Below, piece by piece: positions 9,348-19,216 of a stretch of DNA of 64,000 nucleotides (its first letter is position 1; each line of letters starts with the position of its first letter). The notes beneath the pieces are model-generated. The model was given only the letters and a program-made list of their open reading frames with translations, made no database searches and was not told where the DNA came from. This DNA is from Pseudolabrys sp. GTDB lineage: Bacteria > Pseudomonadota > Alphaproteobacteria > Rhizobiales > Xanthobacteraceae. Where the stretch lies: contig DATJVE010000017.1 of the NCBI GenBank assembly GCA_035501975.1, positions 44,933 through 108,932 on the forward strand, in the 5' to 3' direction. The translations under genes were made by a program, and so were the position numbers.

Positions 9348-10466
9348 ATGTTGGTCGGCGTTCCAAAAGAAATCAAAGCCGATGAATATCGGGTCGGCCT
9401 CATTCCATCGACGATCAAGGAGTTGATCGCCAGAGGTCATGAAGTCGACGTCGAAACTCACGCCGGCGATGGCGCCGGCATCAGCGACGACGACTATGCC
9501 GCAGCCGGCGCCCGCATCATGCCCTGCGCGGAGGAAATATTTCAGCGCGCCGCATTGATCGTGAAGGTGAAGGAGCCGCTTGCGGCTGAACGCGCCAGAC
9601 TGCACGGCGGCCAGATCATCTTCACCTATTTGCATTTGGCTGCCGATCGCGAACAGACGCATGACCTTATGGCGTCCGGCGTAACGGCTATAGCCTATGA
9701 GACCGTCACTGACACGGCGGGGAAGCTGCCCTTGCTGGCACCGATGTCGGAAATCGCCGGCCGCATGGCGCCCCACGTCGCCGCCCACTTTCTCGAACGG
9801 CCGCAGGGTGGCCGCGGAATCCTGCTGGGCGCGGTCGACGGCGTGCCGGCCGGCAAAGTGGTTATTCTTGGCGGCGGCACCGTTGGCGCTACCGCAGCCG
9901 AAGTCGCCGAAGGGATGGGCGGCGACGTCACCATCGCGACGCGAAGGGCCGAGACCGTGCGTCGGCTTGTACAGGGCTTTGGCGATCGCGTGCGAGTTCT
10001 CGCCGCTCATACCGAAGAGATCGAATCGCTCTGCAAATCGGCTGACGTTGTTATTGGGGCGGCCCTGGTCGCCGGCGGCGTCGCCCCCAAGCTCGTGTCG
10101 GCTCACGCAGTCAAATCTATGAAGCCGGGCGCGGTCATCGTCGACGTTTCGATCGATCAAGGCGGGTGCGTCGAAACATCGCATCCGACGACGCATTCAC
10201 GGCCAACTTTTATGGTTGATGATGTCGTGCATTACTGCGTTGCGAACATGCCGGGCGCAGTGCCGCGAACATCCACGTTCGCGCTCAATAATGCAACGCG
10301 TCCGTTCATTCTGGCCCTGGCGGATAAAGGGTTCCCGCGGGCACTAATCGAGGATGCAAATCTACAGAATGGGCTCAACGTGCATGCCGGCCAGATCACC
10401 TGCCGTGCCGTCGCTGATGCACTGCGGTTGCCTTATATTGCAGCGGCTTTAATTCTCGGCGCCTGA
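9348..10466 (+). CDS. ald: Alanine dehydrogenase
   Basis: MLVGVPKEIK, KVKEP, FTYLHLAA, PMSEIAG, DQGGCVET, YCVANMPGAVPRTST. Confidence 0.95.
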   Translation: MLVGVPKEIKADEYRVGLIPSTIKELIARGHEVDVETHAGDGAGISDDDYAAAGARIMPCAEEIFQRAALIVKVKEPLAAERARLHGGQIIFTYLHLAADREQTHDLMASGVTAIAYETVTDTAGKLPLLAPMSEIAGRMAPHVAAHFLERPQGGRGILLGAVDGVPAGKVVILGGGTVGATAAEVAEGMGGDVTIATRRAETVRRLVQGFGDRVRVLAAHTEEIESLCKSADVVIGAALVAGGVAPKLVSAHAVKSMKPGAVIVDVSIDQGGCVETSHPTTHSRPTFMVDDVVHYCVANMPGAVPRTSTFALNNATRPFILALADKGFPRALIEDANLQNGLNVHAGQITCRAVADALRLPYIAAALILGA

Positions 10467-10532
10467 AAAAATGACGGATATCGACGAATAGTTGCCATTG
10501 GCGCCATCCGCTCGCGCAAAGCAGGACGGCCT

Positions 10533-10546
10533 TTGATTCACGTCAA
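10533..10546. promoter_or_regulatory. FNR/FixK box
   Basis: TTGATtcacGTCAA upstream of the Lon-like gene. Confidence 0.75.
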
Positions 10547-10590
10547 GGTCCGCGCAGCCAATTCGGCTGAAATGCACCCTCAAGCGAGGA

Positions 10591-13035
10591 GTGCATCACG
10601 TGGACACCGCCGTTACCGCCCCAGGAACGGCCCTGCAGCCGCTCCGACTTGCGCAGCTTTATCGCGCGACCGATCTGTCGAGCTTGCTATTCTCGACGAC
10701 GGCAGAGTTGCAGCCGATCGAAGGCTTGGTTGGCCAAGCGCGCGCGCTCGAAGCGATCCGGTTTGGTACCCAGGTCGGAAAAGACGGCTTCAATCTCTTT
10801 GTCATCGGCCCCAACGGTGCCCGCATGCCGGACGCGGTCAAGGCGGTCCTGGCTGAGGAAGCGCGCGCAAGGCCGAGCCCTTCGGATTGGGTCTATGTTA
10901 ACAACTTCGTCGATGCCGAGCGGCCAGTCGCGATCGAGCTCCCGACCGGCCGGGCACGCACATTTCACGACGCGATGCACAAGCTGATCGACGATCTAAA
11001 AGCGGCTTTGCCAGCGGTTTTCCAGAGCGAGGACTATCAGACCCGGCGCGGCGCCATCGACGAGTCATTACAGAAAAAGCAAAGCGAGGCATTCTCCGCG
11101 CTACGCGACAAGGCTGCCGAAAAAGACATCGTCCTGCTGCGCACACCACTCGGGTTTGCGCTGGCGCCTGCCAAAGACGGTCAGGTCGTCCCGCCCGACG
11201 AATTCAGCAATTGGCCCGAATCCAAGCGCAATGAGATCCGCGCAACCATCGAAGCCTTGGAGAAAGACCTCGAGCATATCATTCACCAGCTGCCGCAATG
11301 GGAGACACAGCGTCGTGACGAAGTGCGCCAGCTCAACCGCGATACCGCGAAATACGCCGTCGACCAGCTGATTGAGGACGCGAAGTCGACCTTTCGCGAC
11401 CTGGCCCGTGTTGTCCAGCACATCGAAACGGTACGTACCGATCTGGTGGAAAATGTTGCGATGTTCGTCGGCAAGAGTGAAAGCGAAGATGGCGACACCG
11501 CAGAATTTAGACCGAGCAACGTATTCGATCGTTATGAGATCAACGTCCTGGTGACGCAGAGCGGCGACAAGCAGGCTCCGATCATCGAGGAACTGCATCC
11601 GGCCCTAGCCAACCTGATTGGACGCATTGAGTACATTCCGGTGCGCGGGGCGCTGGTGACCAATTTCCGCCTCATCAAGGCCGGAGCAATCCATCGGGCC
11701 AATGGCGGCTATCTGCTGCTCGATGCGCGCAGCGTGCTGCTGGAGCCATTCAGCTGGGCGGCGCTCAAGCGCATGCTGCGGCAGGGCAAGGTCGCCATCG
11801 AAGACATTGGGCGGTTCCTGGGGTTCACCAGCACGGTGTCACTCGAGCCCGACCCGATCCCGCTCAACGTAAAGGTCATCCTGTTCGGGGACCGACTGCT
11901 GTATTTTTTGCTTGCCGCCCTTGATCCCGAATTGGCCGAGTATTTTAAGGTTCTTGCCGATTTCGAAAACGATCTCGCGCGCACGCCCGAGAACGAGGCG
12001 ACCCTGGCGCGGCTCGTGGCGACCCTGGCGCGGCGCGACGGATTGAAGCCGCTTGATCGCGAAGCGGTCGCGCTCGTGCTCGAACATGCTGCACGCTCAG
12101 CGGAGCATGCCGGCAAGCTTTCGTTGGTCACAGAACAGCTGCGCGAAATCCTGATCGAAGCGGATTTCGGCGCTGGCGAGGCAAAACGCAGCGTCATCTC
12201 GCGTGCCGATGTGGATGGAGCCCTGCTGGCGCGCATCCGGCGCGCGGCGCGACTGCGCGATCGAACACAGGAGGCTATTCTCGAAAAAGTAGCGCTCATC
12301 GACACGGCTGGAGCGCATGTCGGCCAAATCAATGGCCTCAGCGTCATCGAGCTCGGCGGATTTTCGTTCGGGCGTCCAACCCGCATCACCTGCCAGGTGA
12401 GACCAGGCAGTGGAAAGGTCGTCGATATCGAACGTGAAGTAGAACTCGGCGGGCCGGTGCATTCCAAAGGCGTTCTCATCCTTTCCGGCTTCCTGGCCGG
12501 CCGTTACGCGCTCGACACTCCGATGTCCCTGTTCGCTAGTCTTGTGTTCGAGCAGTCTTATGGCGGCGTCGAGGGCGACAGCGCATCGTCAGCCGAACTC
12601 TATGCTCTGCTCTCGGCGCTGGCGGATGTCCCGTTGCGGCAAGATCTGGCGGTGACCGGATCGGTGAATCAGCACGGCGAGATTCAAGCGATCGGCGGCG
12701 TCAATGAGAAGATCGAGGGCTTTTTCGATATATGCGAGAAGCGCGGCCTAACGGGAACGCAAGGTGTGCTGATTCCACAGGCCAATGTGCAACATTTGAT
12801 GCTGCGCAAGGATGTCATCGACGCCTGCGCCACAGGCCGCTTTGCGGTCTATCCAGTCGCTACGATCAATGAAGGCATTGCTCTATTGACCGGCATCGCT
12901 GCCGGCGACCGCGGCGTCGATGGCAATTATCCCATCGGCGGCATTAATCAACGCGTTGAAGACCGGCTGCGGGCTTTCGCCAGCGTCCGGAGGGCTTTCG
13001 CCAGTCAAGGCGCGGGGGCGCTCCCCGTCAATTAA
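10591..13035 (+). CDS. Lon-like (LonC/S16 family) protease
   Basis: GQARA, DWVYVNNF, HRANGGYL, GQINGLSV, VEGDSASSAE (Ser) and GGVNEKIEGF (Lys) dyad; start may be GTG 10600. Confidence 0.9.
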   Translation: MHHVDTAVTAPGTALQPLRLAQLYRATDLSSLLFSTTAELQPIEGLVGQARALEAIRFGTQVGKDGFNLFVIGPNGARMPDAVKAVLAEEARARPSPSDWVYVNNFVDAERPVAIELPTGRARTFHDAMHKLIDDLKAALPAVFQSEDYQTRRGAIDESLQKKQSEAFSALRDKAAEKDIVLLRTPLGFALAPAKDGQVVPPDEFSNWPESKRNEIRATIEALEKDLEHIIHQLPQWETQRRDEVRQLNRDTAKYAVDQLIEDAKSTFRDLARVVQHIETVRTDLVENVAMFVGKSESEDGDTAEFRPSNVFDRYEINVLVTQSGDKQAPIIEELHPALANLIGRIEYIPVRGALVTNFRLIKAGAIHRANGGYLLLDARSVLLEPFSWAALKRMLRQGKVAIEDIGRFLGFTSTVSLEPDPIPLNVKVILFGDRLLYFLLAALDPELAEYFKVLADFENDLARTPENEATLARLVATLARRDGLKPLDREAVALVLEHAARSAEHAGKLSLVTEQLREILIEADFGAGEAKRSVISRADVDGALLARIRRAARLRDRTQEAILEKVALIDTAGAHVGQINGLSVIELGGFSFGRPTRITCQVRPGSGKVVDIEREVELGGPVHSKGVLILSGFLAGRYALDTPMSLFASLVFEQSYGGVEGDSASSAELYALLSALADVPLRQDLAVTGSVNQHGEIQAIGGVNEKIEGFFDICEKRGLTGTQGVLIPQANVQHLMLRKDVIDACATGRFAVYPVATINEGIALLTGIAAGDRGVDGNYPIGGINQRVEDRLRAFASVRRAFASQGAGALPVN

Positions 13036-13037
13036 TC

Positions 13038-13892
13038 ATGCCGATGAAACCGCACAGTTTCAGGCGTCTTGTGCTTGGCCTCCAGCCGAGCGCGCCGGAC
13101 CGCACGATGCGGGTTGCTGTCGAGCTCGCCGACTTGCTGCATCTCGATCTGCTCGGATTATTGATCGAAGACACGAGTCTGCGCGATCTGGCCAAGATTC
13201 CCTTTGCACGCGAACTCAGGTCGCTCGGAGGCGGTTGGCGCGCAATCCATCTCGATCAACTGTCGCGCGACTTCGAACTTTCCGCTCGCAGCATCGAGCG
13301 AATGTTCACGAACGCGGCGAGCCGCCTTAGCACACGATACCAGTTTGAGCTCGTTCGCGGAACCCTGGCCGAGACGATTGCATCGATTTCGCGAACCGGC
13401 GACATTGTCATGATCTTCGAGCCCCTGAATCCGGCCGAGCGTGCGACCCAGCAATTCACTTGGCTTTTACAGGCAGCCTTTCAATCAGCCGGAGCCGTTA
13501 TGTTGGTTCCGACACAAATCACGCGAACGAAGGGCCCCATCGTTGCGATCGCGGCTGCGGCCGATGATCCGAGCATTCACGCTGCTGCTGCTATCGCACT
13601 CGCGGCCAAAGAAGAACTGGTTATCATTGAAGCCGACGGTCTCGACGCGAACGACCCGCACATCTCCACCTTCGCCGCCAATACCGGCCTCACGATCAAA
13701 CGTCTGTCCGCGGCCAAGATCGCACTACCTGATCCGGCGATCTGCGCCCAGGCCTTCCGGCAAACCCAAGAGCGGCTCGTTGTCATGACGCGCGGCGCAT
13801 TCGAGGATACGGCCGCTTCGGCGATTGCCGCAGCGCGGCGCGTTCCAGTGTTGGTCATCGAGCCGCTATCGGGCGCGGAGGCGGGCCACTGA
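13038..13892 (+). CDS. Hypothetical protein with degenerate universal-stress-protein-like domains
   Basis: Starts 2 nt after the Lon-like gene; two segments ending in AVMLVP and VPVLVIEP, resembling USP domain ends. Confidence 0.6.
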   Translation: MPMKPHSFRRLVLGLQPSAPDRTMRVAVELADLLHLDLLGLLIEDTSLRDLAKIPFARELRSLGGGWRAIHLDQLSRDFELSARSIERMFTNAASRLSTRYQFELVRGTLAETIASISRTGDIVMIFEPLNPAERATQQFTWLLQAAFQSAGAVMLVPTQITRTKGPIVAIAAAADDPSIHAAAAIALAAKEELVIIEADGLDANDPHISTFAANTGLTIKRLSAAKIALPDPAICAQAFRQTQERLVVMTRGAFEDTAASAIAAARRVPVLVIEPLSGAEAGH

Positions 13893-13929
13893 GGTCAGCC
13901 ATGGCGAAACGAAGTGCCGGCCTACTTCA

Positions 13930-14529
13930 TTATCGGCGCGCGCCAAGCGGCAGCGATACAAGTACTTTATAGCCGCTCTCACCAGGAACCGGAGATTGCA
14001 TTAGCGCGACCGTGTTGACCTGCTGGGTGAAGGCAAGATCCTGATCGACCGGGTGTTTTCGCGCGATGGCGCGTCCCTTATCGCGGAGTCGAGCGAGCGT
14101 AACATGCGGACGAAACGAGCGTTCATCGACCTGCCCACAGGCTCTAAGCAAGGCCGCACGGAGCTCTGCGAGCTCATTGCTGGCAACGCACTCCGCCCAA
14201 AGAAAACGCGGGCGTCTAGGCTCAGGCCCATAGCCGATATGGCGGAATGCAAGAGTGAAGGCGCCACACGTCTCGGTCTCCCGACGAAGTTTCGTAACGG
14301 CGTCGGCTATTGATACTTCATTCCATGGCGGCACCAGCGTGAGGTGGATATCAGCCGTAGGCACCGGACGAACGGAGAATTGTTCGAGTCCGTTTCCATA
14401 TCGCGAAAGCTCTTGCGCAATCTCGGGTGCGATCCGCAACGCCACGAAAATCCGTTCTGGCCGGACACCGGATTCTGTTTTAAACGCAATTTCATCTGTA
14501 TTTGATAGGTCTGTCACGGCAGCCCGCAC
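13930..14529 (-). CDS. thpR: RNA 2',3'-cyclic phosphodiesterase (2H family)
   Basis: RIFVAL, HLTL and FRPHVTLAR (two HxT motifs); start uncertain. Confidence 0.85.
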   Translation of the reverse strand: MRAAVTDLSNTDEIAFKTESGVRPERIFVALRIAPEIAQELSRYGNGLEQFSVRPVPTADIHLTLVPPWNEVSIADAVTKLRRETETCGAFTLAFRHIGYGPEPRRPRFLWAECVASNELAELRAALLRACGQVDERSFRPHVTLARLRDKGRAIARKHPVDQDLAFTQQVNTVALMQSPVPGESGYKVLVSLPLGARR

Positions 14530-14579
14530 GTCTCAAAGCTCGGCATCGAAGGCAGTACCAAGCTAGCATTCCTGCTCGG

Positions 14580-15038
14580 TCATCGCTCGTATGATCCAAC
14601 AAAGCTCGCTTCGGCGAGACTGTGCTTTCGGGCCGCTCGTTCGATATCCGCACACGACGACTTGTCCCCGAGCGGCAGGTGCGCAAGCGAGAGCGCCAAA
14701 ATGTGAAAATGATAATGATGAGGCCCGTGCCGATGGGGTGGGCACGGACCGCCGTAGCCCTGTTTTCCGAAGTCGTTGATCCCCTGTTTAAACGCGATCT
14801 CGCCGCCATGCTGGGCCGCTCCCTCGGGAAGCGCTGATCGATCGGTTGGGATGTCATAGGCGGCCCAATGATGCCAGGTCCCGCCGGGCGCGTCGGGGTC
14901 GTCGCAGATAATCGCAAAACTGCGAGCTTGCGCCGGGACTCCGCTCCACTCGAGCGGCGGCGACAGATCTTGGCCGTCGCAAGTGAACCGGCGTGGAATG
15001 GGATTGCCATCCGAAAAGGCGCTTGATCTGAACTGCAT
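14580..15038 (-). CDS. YbhB/YbcL (PEBP/RKIP-like) protein
   Basis: TCDGQDLSPPLEW, DDPDAPGGTWHHW, GYGGPCPP, HHYHF. Confidence 0.93.
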   Translation of the reverse strand: MQFRSSAFSDGNPIPRRFTCDGQDLSPPLEWSGVPAQARSFAIICDDPDAPGGTWHHWAAYDIPTDRSALPEGAAQHGGEIAFKQGINDFGKQGYGGPCPPHRHGPHHYHFHILALSLAHLPLGDKSSCADIERAARKHSLAEASFVGSYER

Positions 15039-15072
15039 AGCGCCTATTTACGCCTGCCGCGTTCAAGACGGG

Positions 15073-15086
15073 TTGACCTTGATCAA
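15073..15086. promoter_or_regulatory. FNR/FixK box (ybhB-thpR promoter)
   Basis: TTGACcttgATCAA. Confidence 0.8.
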
Positions 15087-15178
15087 TCGTGGGCGTCGCA
15101 ACCGCAGGCTACCGCTGCTGGCCACTGCTCGATGATGCTAAGATCGCTCGGGGCCCCATGCGCTTGCATAACAAGGGG

Positions 15179-15192
15179 TTGATCCCGATCAA
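15179..15192. promoter_or_regulatory. FNR/FixK box (prs promoter)
   Basis: TTGATcccgATCAA, perfect consensus. Confidence 0.85.
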
Positions 15193-15281
15193 TGACAATC
15201 GGGCCCAGCGCCGCATCCTACCCTAACATTAGCTGCGCTCAATGGTCACTTAACCACTTGCTCGGCTAGTGGAGCGAGGCA

Positions 15282-16265
15282 ATGGAAAGTGCACCCTTAC
15301 GGCTGTTTTGTCTAAATGCCAGCGCCGAGTTGGGCACCGGCATATCGGCGGCATTGCATGAGCCGTTCGCCGCCCATGAGGAGCGCGAATTCGAAGATGG
15401 CGAGCACAAGGCACGCCCACTCGATGCCGTGAATGGCGCCGACGTCTTTGTCGTGCAAAGCCTGCACGGCGGGCCGGTGCAAAGCGCCAATGACAAACTG
15501 TGTCGGTTATTGTTTTTCATCGGCGCAATAAAGGATGCGGGCGCTGCGCGCGTCACGGCAATAACGCCTTATCTTTGCTATGCGCGCAAAGACCGCCGCA
15601 CCAAGCCAAATGACCCTGTGACCACTCGCTACATCGCCGGCATGTTCGAGCGCGTGGGCACTGATTGCGTGGTTACGCTCGAAGTTCACAACCCCGTTGC
15701 ATTCGAGAATGCGTTCCGCTGCCGTACCGTCGCTTTGACCGGCACGCCTTTGTTCGTGGATTATGTAAAGACCCTCGCCGACGAGAAATTATCGGTCATC
15801 GCGCCCGACGCCGGCGGTATGAAGCGCGCCGAATTGCTGCGCGAGGCCCTAGAAGCGGCGCTCATCCGGCCGGTCGGCAAGGGACTGGCGGAAAAGCACC
15901 GCAGCGCAGGCGTCGTGTCTGGCGATCTGTTTGTCGGCGATGTGGCAGGGACGACCGCACTGATTGTCGATGACCTAATCAGCACCGGCAACACGTTGCT
16001 CCGCGCCGCCCGCTCGGCACGAAAAAACGGCGCCAAGCGGGTGATTGCGCTCGTCACCCACGGGCTATTCATGCCGGGGGCGGCGGAAGTGATTGCCGAT
16101 CCTGCGATCGACCAGGTCGTCGTCACCGATGCGGTTCCGGCCTTCCGTCTCGATAGCCCGGCGAAAAACAAGAAACTCGTGATCTTGCCCGCGGCCCCGC
16201 TGCTCGCCGAGACGATACGACGTTTGCACGAGGAACGCAGCCTTACCGATCTGCTGGTTTTCTAA
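15282..16265 (+). CDS. prs: Ribose-phosphate pyrophosphokinase
   Basis: FEDGE, PYLCYARKDR, APDAGG, VDDLISTGNTL, VTHGLF. Confidence 0.93.
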   Translation: MESAPLRLFCLNASAELGTGISAALHEPFAAHEEREFEDGEHKARPLDAVNGADVFVVQSLHGGPVQSANDKLCRLLFFIGAIKDAGAARVTAITPYLCYARKDRRTKPNDPVTTRYIAGMFERVGTDCVVTLEVHNPVAFENAFRCRTVALTGTPLFVDYVKTLADEKLSVIAPDAGGMKRAELLREALEAALIRPVGKGLAEKHRSAGVVSGDLFVGDVAGTTALIVDDLISTGNTLLRAARSARKNGAKRVIALVTHGLFMPGAAEVIADPAIDQVVVTDAVPAFRLDSPAKNKKLVILPAAPLLAETIRRLHEERSLTDLLVF

Positions 16266-17310
16266 GAAAGACCTCAAGCTTTCTGGCGCTTTTCTCGGCC
16301 AGCCTGAGGTACGTGGCAGCCAGCCATGGCCACTTCTCCGGCGTGCGTGGATGCTCCTCGAGAAGATGCGCGATCGCGAGCCGCGCGCGTAGCATCGCAC
16401 GATGGCAGCGATAGAATGTGAACAGTTCCTCCGCGGGGCCGTCCTGCAACATGCGTTTCATGCGGCCTTCGATAAAAGCGCCAACCCAAGCCGCACCGAG
16501 CCGCTCGCATTCAAGACTGAGATAGGCAATCTCATCGAACGGGTCGACCACCCGAAGCCGCGGATTGAATTCGAGACAGTCGATGATCCTGACCTGATCG
16601 CCGAGCCAAATGTGCTCGGGGCGCAGGTCGCCATGGCCAGAGACGATCCGACGATGGCGAAGGCGGGCGGCGATGAGGCCGCTTTTCCGGTCCAGAAACC
16701 GGCGCTGCGCATGGTCGATGCGCTGCACCACGCCGGCGGGAATACCGAAACGAGGATCGAGGAGGATGCGTCGGTTGTAGGCGAGGCTGCGCTTCCAGTC
16801 GAGAAGGTGCACCGTTGGAGCGAGGAAGACCGGGGTTGCCGAGCGGTAAAATTGCGCCAGCGCCGCCACAAGACGGCCAAGCTTGACGATATCGACACGC
16901 TGCTCGGCGATGAGGCAATCGAGCATGTTGCTTTCGTCGAGACGCTTCATGACAACGAGCCAATCGACCGCAACGCCGGCGCCACCGATCGCGAGCCCCT
17001 TGCCGGTATCCACCAGGGGCAAGACGTCGAGATAAATGTTCGGGGCGAGCGCGCGATTGAGCCGTAATTCGGCCCGGCAGGCGGCCTCGCGCCGCGCCAG
17101 GCTGGAAAAGTCGAGATAGGGAAAGCGGACCGGTTTCTTGAGCTTGTAAACCCGGTCGCCGACGAGAAAGACCCATGACATATGGGTTTCCCGGCAAACG
17201 ACCTCACCCGGAGTAGGCCGGTACGCATCCGGCCGGCTCAAGAAGTTGACTTTAGCGTCGAGCGTCGACCCGGCGCCTTTGATCGAGAGTCCGTGCAAGG
17301 GCCGTTCCAC
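16243..17310 (-). CDS. Aminoglycoside-phosphotransferase-like protein (Rv2004c N-terminal type), no AAA domain
   Basis: ETHMSWVFL, YKLKKPV, YLDFS, ELRLNR, GHGDLRPEHI, IDCLEFN. Confidence 0.85.
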   Translation of the reverse strand: MERPLHGLSIKGAGSTLDAKVNFLSRPDAYRPTPGEVVCRETHMSWVFLVGDRVYKLKKPVRFPYLDFSSLARREAACRAELRLNRALAPNIYLDVLPLVDTGKGLAIGGAGVAVDWLVVMKRLDESNMLDCLIAEQRVDIVKLGRLVAALAQFYRSATPVFLAPTVHLLDWKRSLAYNRRILLDPRFGIPAGVVQRIDHAQRRFLDRKSGLIAARLRHRRIVSGHGDLRPEHIWLGDQVRIIDCLEFNPRLRVVDPFDEIAYLSLECERLGAAWVGAFIEGRMKRMLQDGPAEELFTFYRCHRAMLRARLAIAHLLEEHPRTPEKWPWLAATYLRLAEKSARKLEVFLRKPADR

Positions 17311-17347
17311 CTTGGCCGATAATTTAATGCGTTGCCGCCTGCATTAG

Positions 17348-17361
17348 TTGATGCCGATCAA
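17348..17361. promoter_or_regulatory. FNR/FixK box
   Basis: TTGATgccgATCAA, perfect consensus, between divergent genes. Confidence 0.85.
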
Positions 17362-17416
17362 ACGATAATGACTGGATTTATGGTTATATTTTTAAGCTTT
17401 TCTGGGGAGTTAGGTC

Positions 17417-18115
17417 ATGTGCGCCTCAGTGGTCATCCACCCCCATACGCACCAAGCCAACGCGATGGCCGCGCGTGAGGTAACGATCGGCCCGCTTGGC
17501 CTCGCCGGCACTCTTCATTTGCCTGCCTCGGCAAGCGCGCTGGTCGTGTTCGCCCACGGTAGCGGCTCCAGCCGATTCAGCCCGCGCAACATGGCGGTCG
17601 CCAATGCGTTAAACGCGCAAGACATAGCAACTCTGTTATTCGACCTGCTCACGCACGACGAAGAGCGCGAACGCGCTAACGTCTTCGATATTCCGCTGCT
17701 CGCGGCACGCCTCGTCGATGTCGTCCGCTGGATCGACAACGATCCAGAGCTCGCCTCCTTGCCGCTTGGCTTGTTCGGAGCGAGTACGGGAGCCGCGGCA
17801 GCCCTGGTCGCCGCCGCGCGACTCGGCGCGCGTATTGGCGCTGTTGTCTCCCGCGGAGGGCGGCCCGATCTTGCGGGTGCTGCGCTTGAGCGTGTGGCCG
17901 CACCGACCTTGCTGATCGTCGGCGGCCTCGATTACGGCGTGATCGAGCTTAACGAGCAAGCCTTTGCACACCTAACCGCCCCGAAGGCGATCGAGATCGT
18001 ACCGGGTGCAACTCACCTGTTTCCGGAGCAAGGCACTCTCGAGTTGGCGATTGCGCATGCCGAGCGTTGGTTCAAAACGCATCTCAGCTCGCATGTGCGC
18101 GTCAATACCACATAG
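17417..18115 (+). CDS. Dienelactone hydrolase-family alpha/beta hydrolase
   Basis: FAHGSGSSRFSPRN, FGASTG, SRGGRPDLA, PGATHLF. Confidence 0.88.
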   Translation: MCASVVIHPHTHQANAMAAREVTIGPLGLAGTLHLPASASALVVFAHGSGSSRFSPRNMAVANALNAQDIATLLFDLLTHDEERERANVFDIPLLAARLVDVVRWIDNDPELASLPLGLFGASTGAAAALVAAARLGARIGAVVSRGGRPDLAGAALERVAAPTLLIVGGLDYGVIELNEQAFAHLTAPKAIEIVPGATHLFPEQGTLELAIAHAERWFKTHLSSHVRVNTT

Positions 18116-18130
18116 ATTGCGGAGCACATC

Positions 18131-18793
18131 ATGCCATTCACCGATCGCATAGATGCCGGCCGAAAACTAGCCAAGGCGCTCGCGCCTTATAAGAATCGAC
18201 GGCCGGTCGTGCTGGCGTTGCCGCGCGGCGGTGTCCCGGTGGCAGCGGAGGTCGCGACCGCGCTCGATGCGCCGCTCGACCTAGTCCTGGTGCGTAAGAT
18301 CGGAGTGCCGTTTCAGCCCGAGCTTGCCATGGGCGCCGTTGTCGATGGTGCTGAGCCCATCATTGTGCGCAATGAGGAAGTCATCCAGCTTTGCGGTGTG
18401 AGTGAGACTGAGTTCAATGCCATTCGCGACGAGCAACTCGGCGAAATCGAACGGCGCCGTAAGCTCTACCTCGGCGATCGCCCACATCCGGACGTTTCCG
18501 GCCACACAGTGATCGTCGTGGATGATGGCATTGCGACCGGCGCGACCACCCGCGCCGCCTTGCATGCGATCAGGACGCGCAAGCCAGGCACACTTGTGTT
18601 GGCCGTCCCAGTTGCGCCGACAGACACCCTGAAGAACTTGCGAGGAGAGGCGGATGACACCGTGTGCCTTGAGAACTACGAAGAGTTCGGAGCAATTGGG
18701 TTGTTCTATGCCGATTTCTGCCAGGTTTCCGACACGGAAGTCATTGAGATACTGGCTCGCCATCCGGTCAAGTCACCAACTGCAGTCGACTGA
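18131..18793 (+). CDS. Phosphoribosyltransferase
   Basis: FTDRIDAGRKLA, LPRGGVPVA, VRKIGVP, VVDDGIATGAT. Confidence 0.92.
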   Translation: MPFTDRIDAGRKLAKALAPYKNRRPVVLALPRGGVPVAAEVATALDAPLDLVLVRKIGVPFQPELAMGAVVDGAEPIIVRNEEVIQLCGVSETEFNAIRDEQLGEIERRRKLYLGDRPHPDVSGHTVIVVDDGIATGATTRAALHAIRTRKPGTLVLAVPVAPTDTLKNLRGEADDTVCLENYEEFGAIGLFYADFCQVSDTEVIEILARHPVKSPTAVD

Positions 18794-18810
18794 CGGGCGC
18801 TGCTCGGTAA

Positions 18811-18824
18811 TTGACCAAGATCAA
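18811..18824. promoter_or_regulatory. FNR/FixK box
   Basis: TTGACcaagATCAA. Confidence 0.8.
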
Positions 18825-18881
18825 CGCGCATGACGCGTTTTTGCGATTGAGTTTCACGTTGCACCAGTGTCGGAGGGACCC

Positions 18882-19139
18882 ATGTCAAAACTCAATTCCC
18901 GTGCAGCGGCGCTTGCGACACAAGATGATATCAAGGGCATCCTGGGCGATCTCGATCCGGCCGATATGCTGGAAATCGTGTCGCTGAAGCCGACTATTGC
19001 GGATGTTGAAGAGGCATCGGTGTGGCTTGCAGGCGACGCCGATGTGTTCGGTGCCGGAGAGCCGATCAAGGGTGTGGCGGCGGACATCGTCACGATTTTG
19101 ACCGAGAACGAGGATGAAGAACTGGCGCGCGTCAGTTAA
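18882..19139 (+). CDS. Small acidic hypothetical protein
   Basis: GGAGG RBS upstream of ATG 18882; downstream of an FNR box. Confidence 0.7.
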   Translation: MSKLNSRAAALATQDDIKGILGDLDPADMLEIVSLKPTIADVEEASVWLAGDADVFGAGEPIKGVAADIVTILTENEDEELARVS

Positions 19140-19216
19140 CGCGCAGCTCGGACGCAATCGAACATCTCAGGCGGCAGACCTGCGCCGGCGATCGCGTCGA
19201 TAAGAAGACTTGTCGG

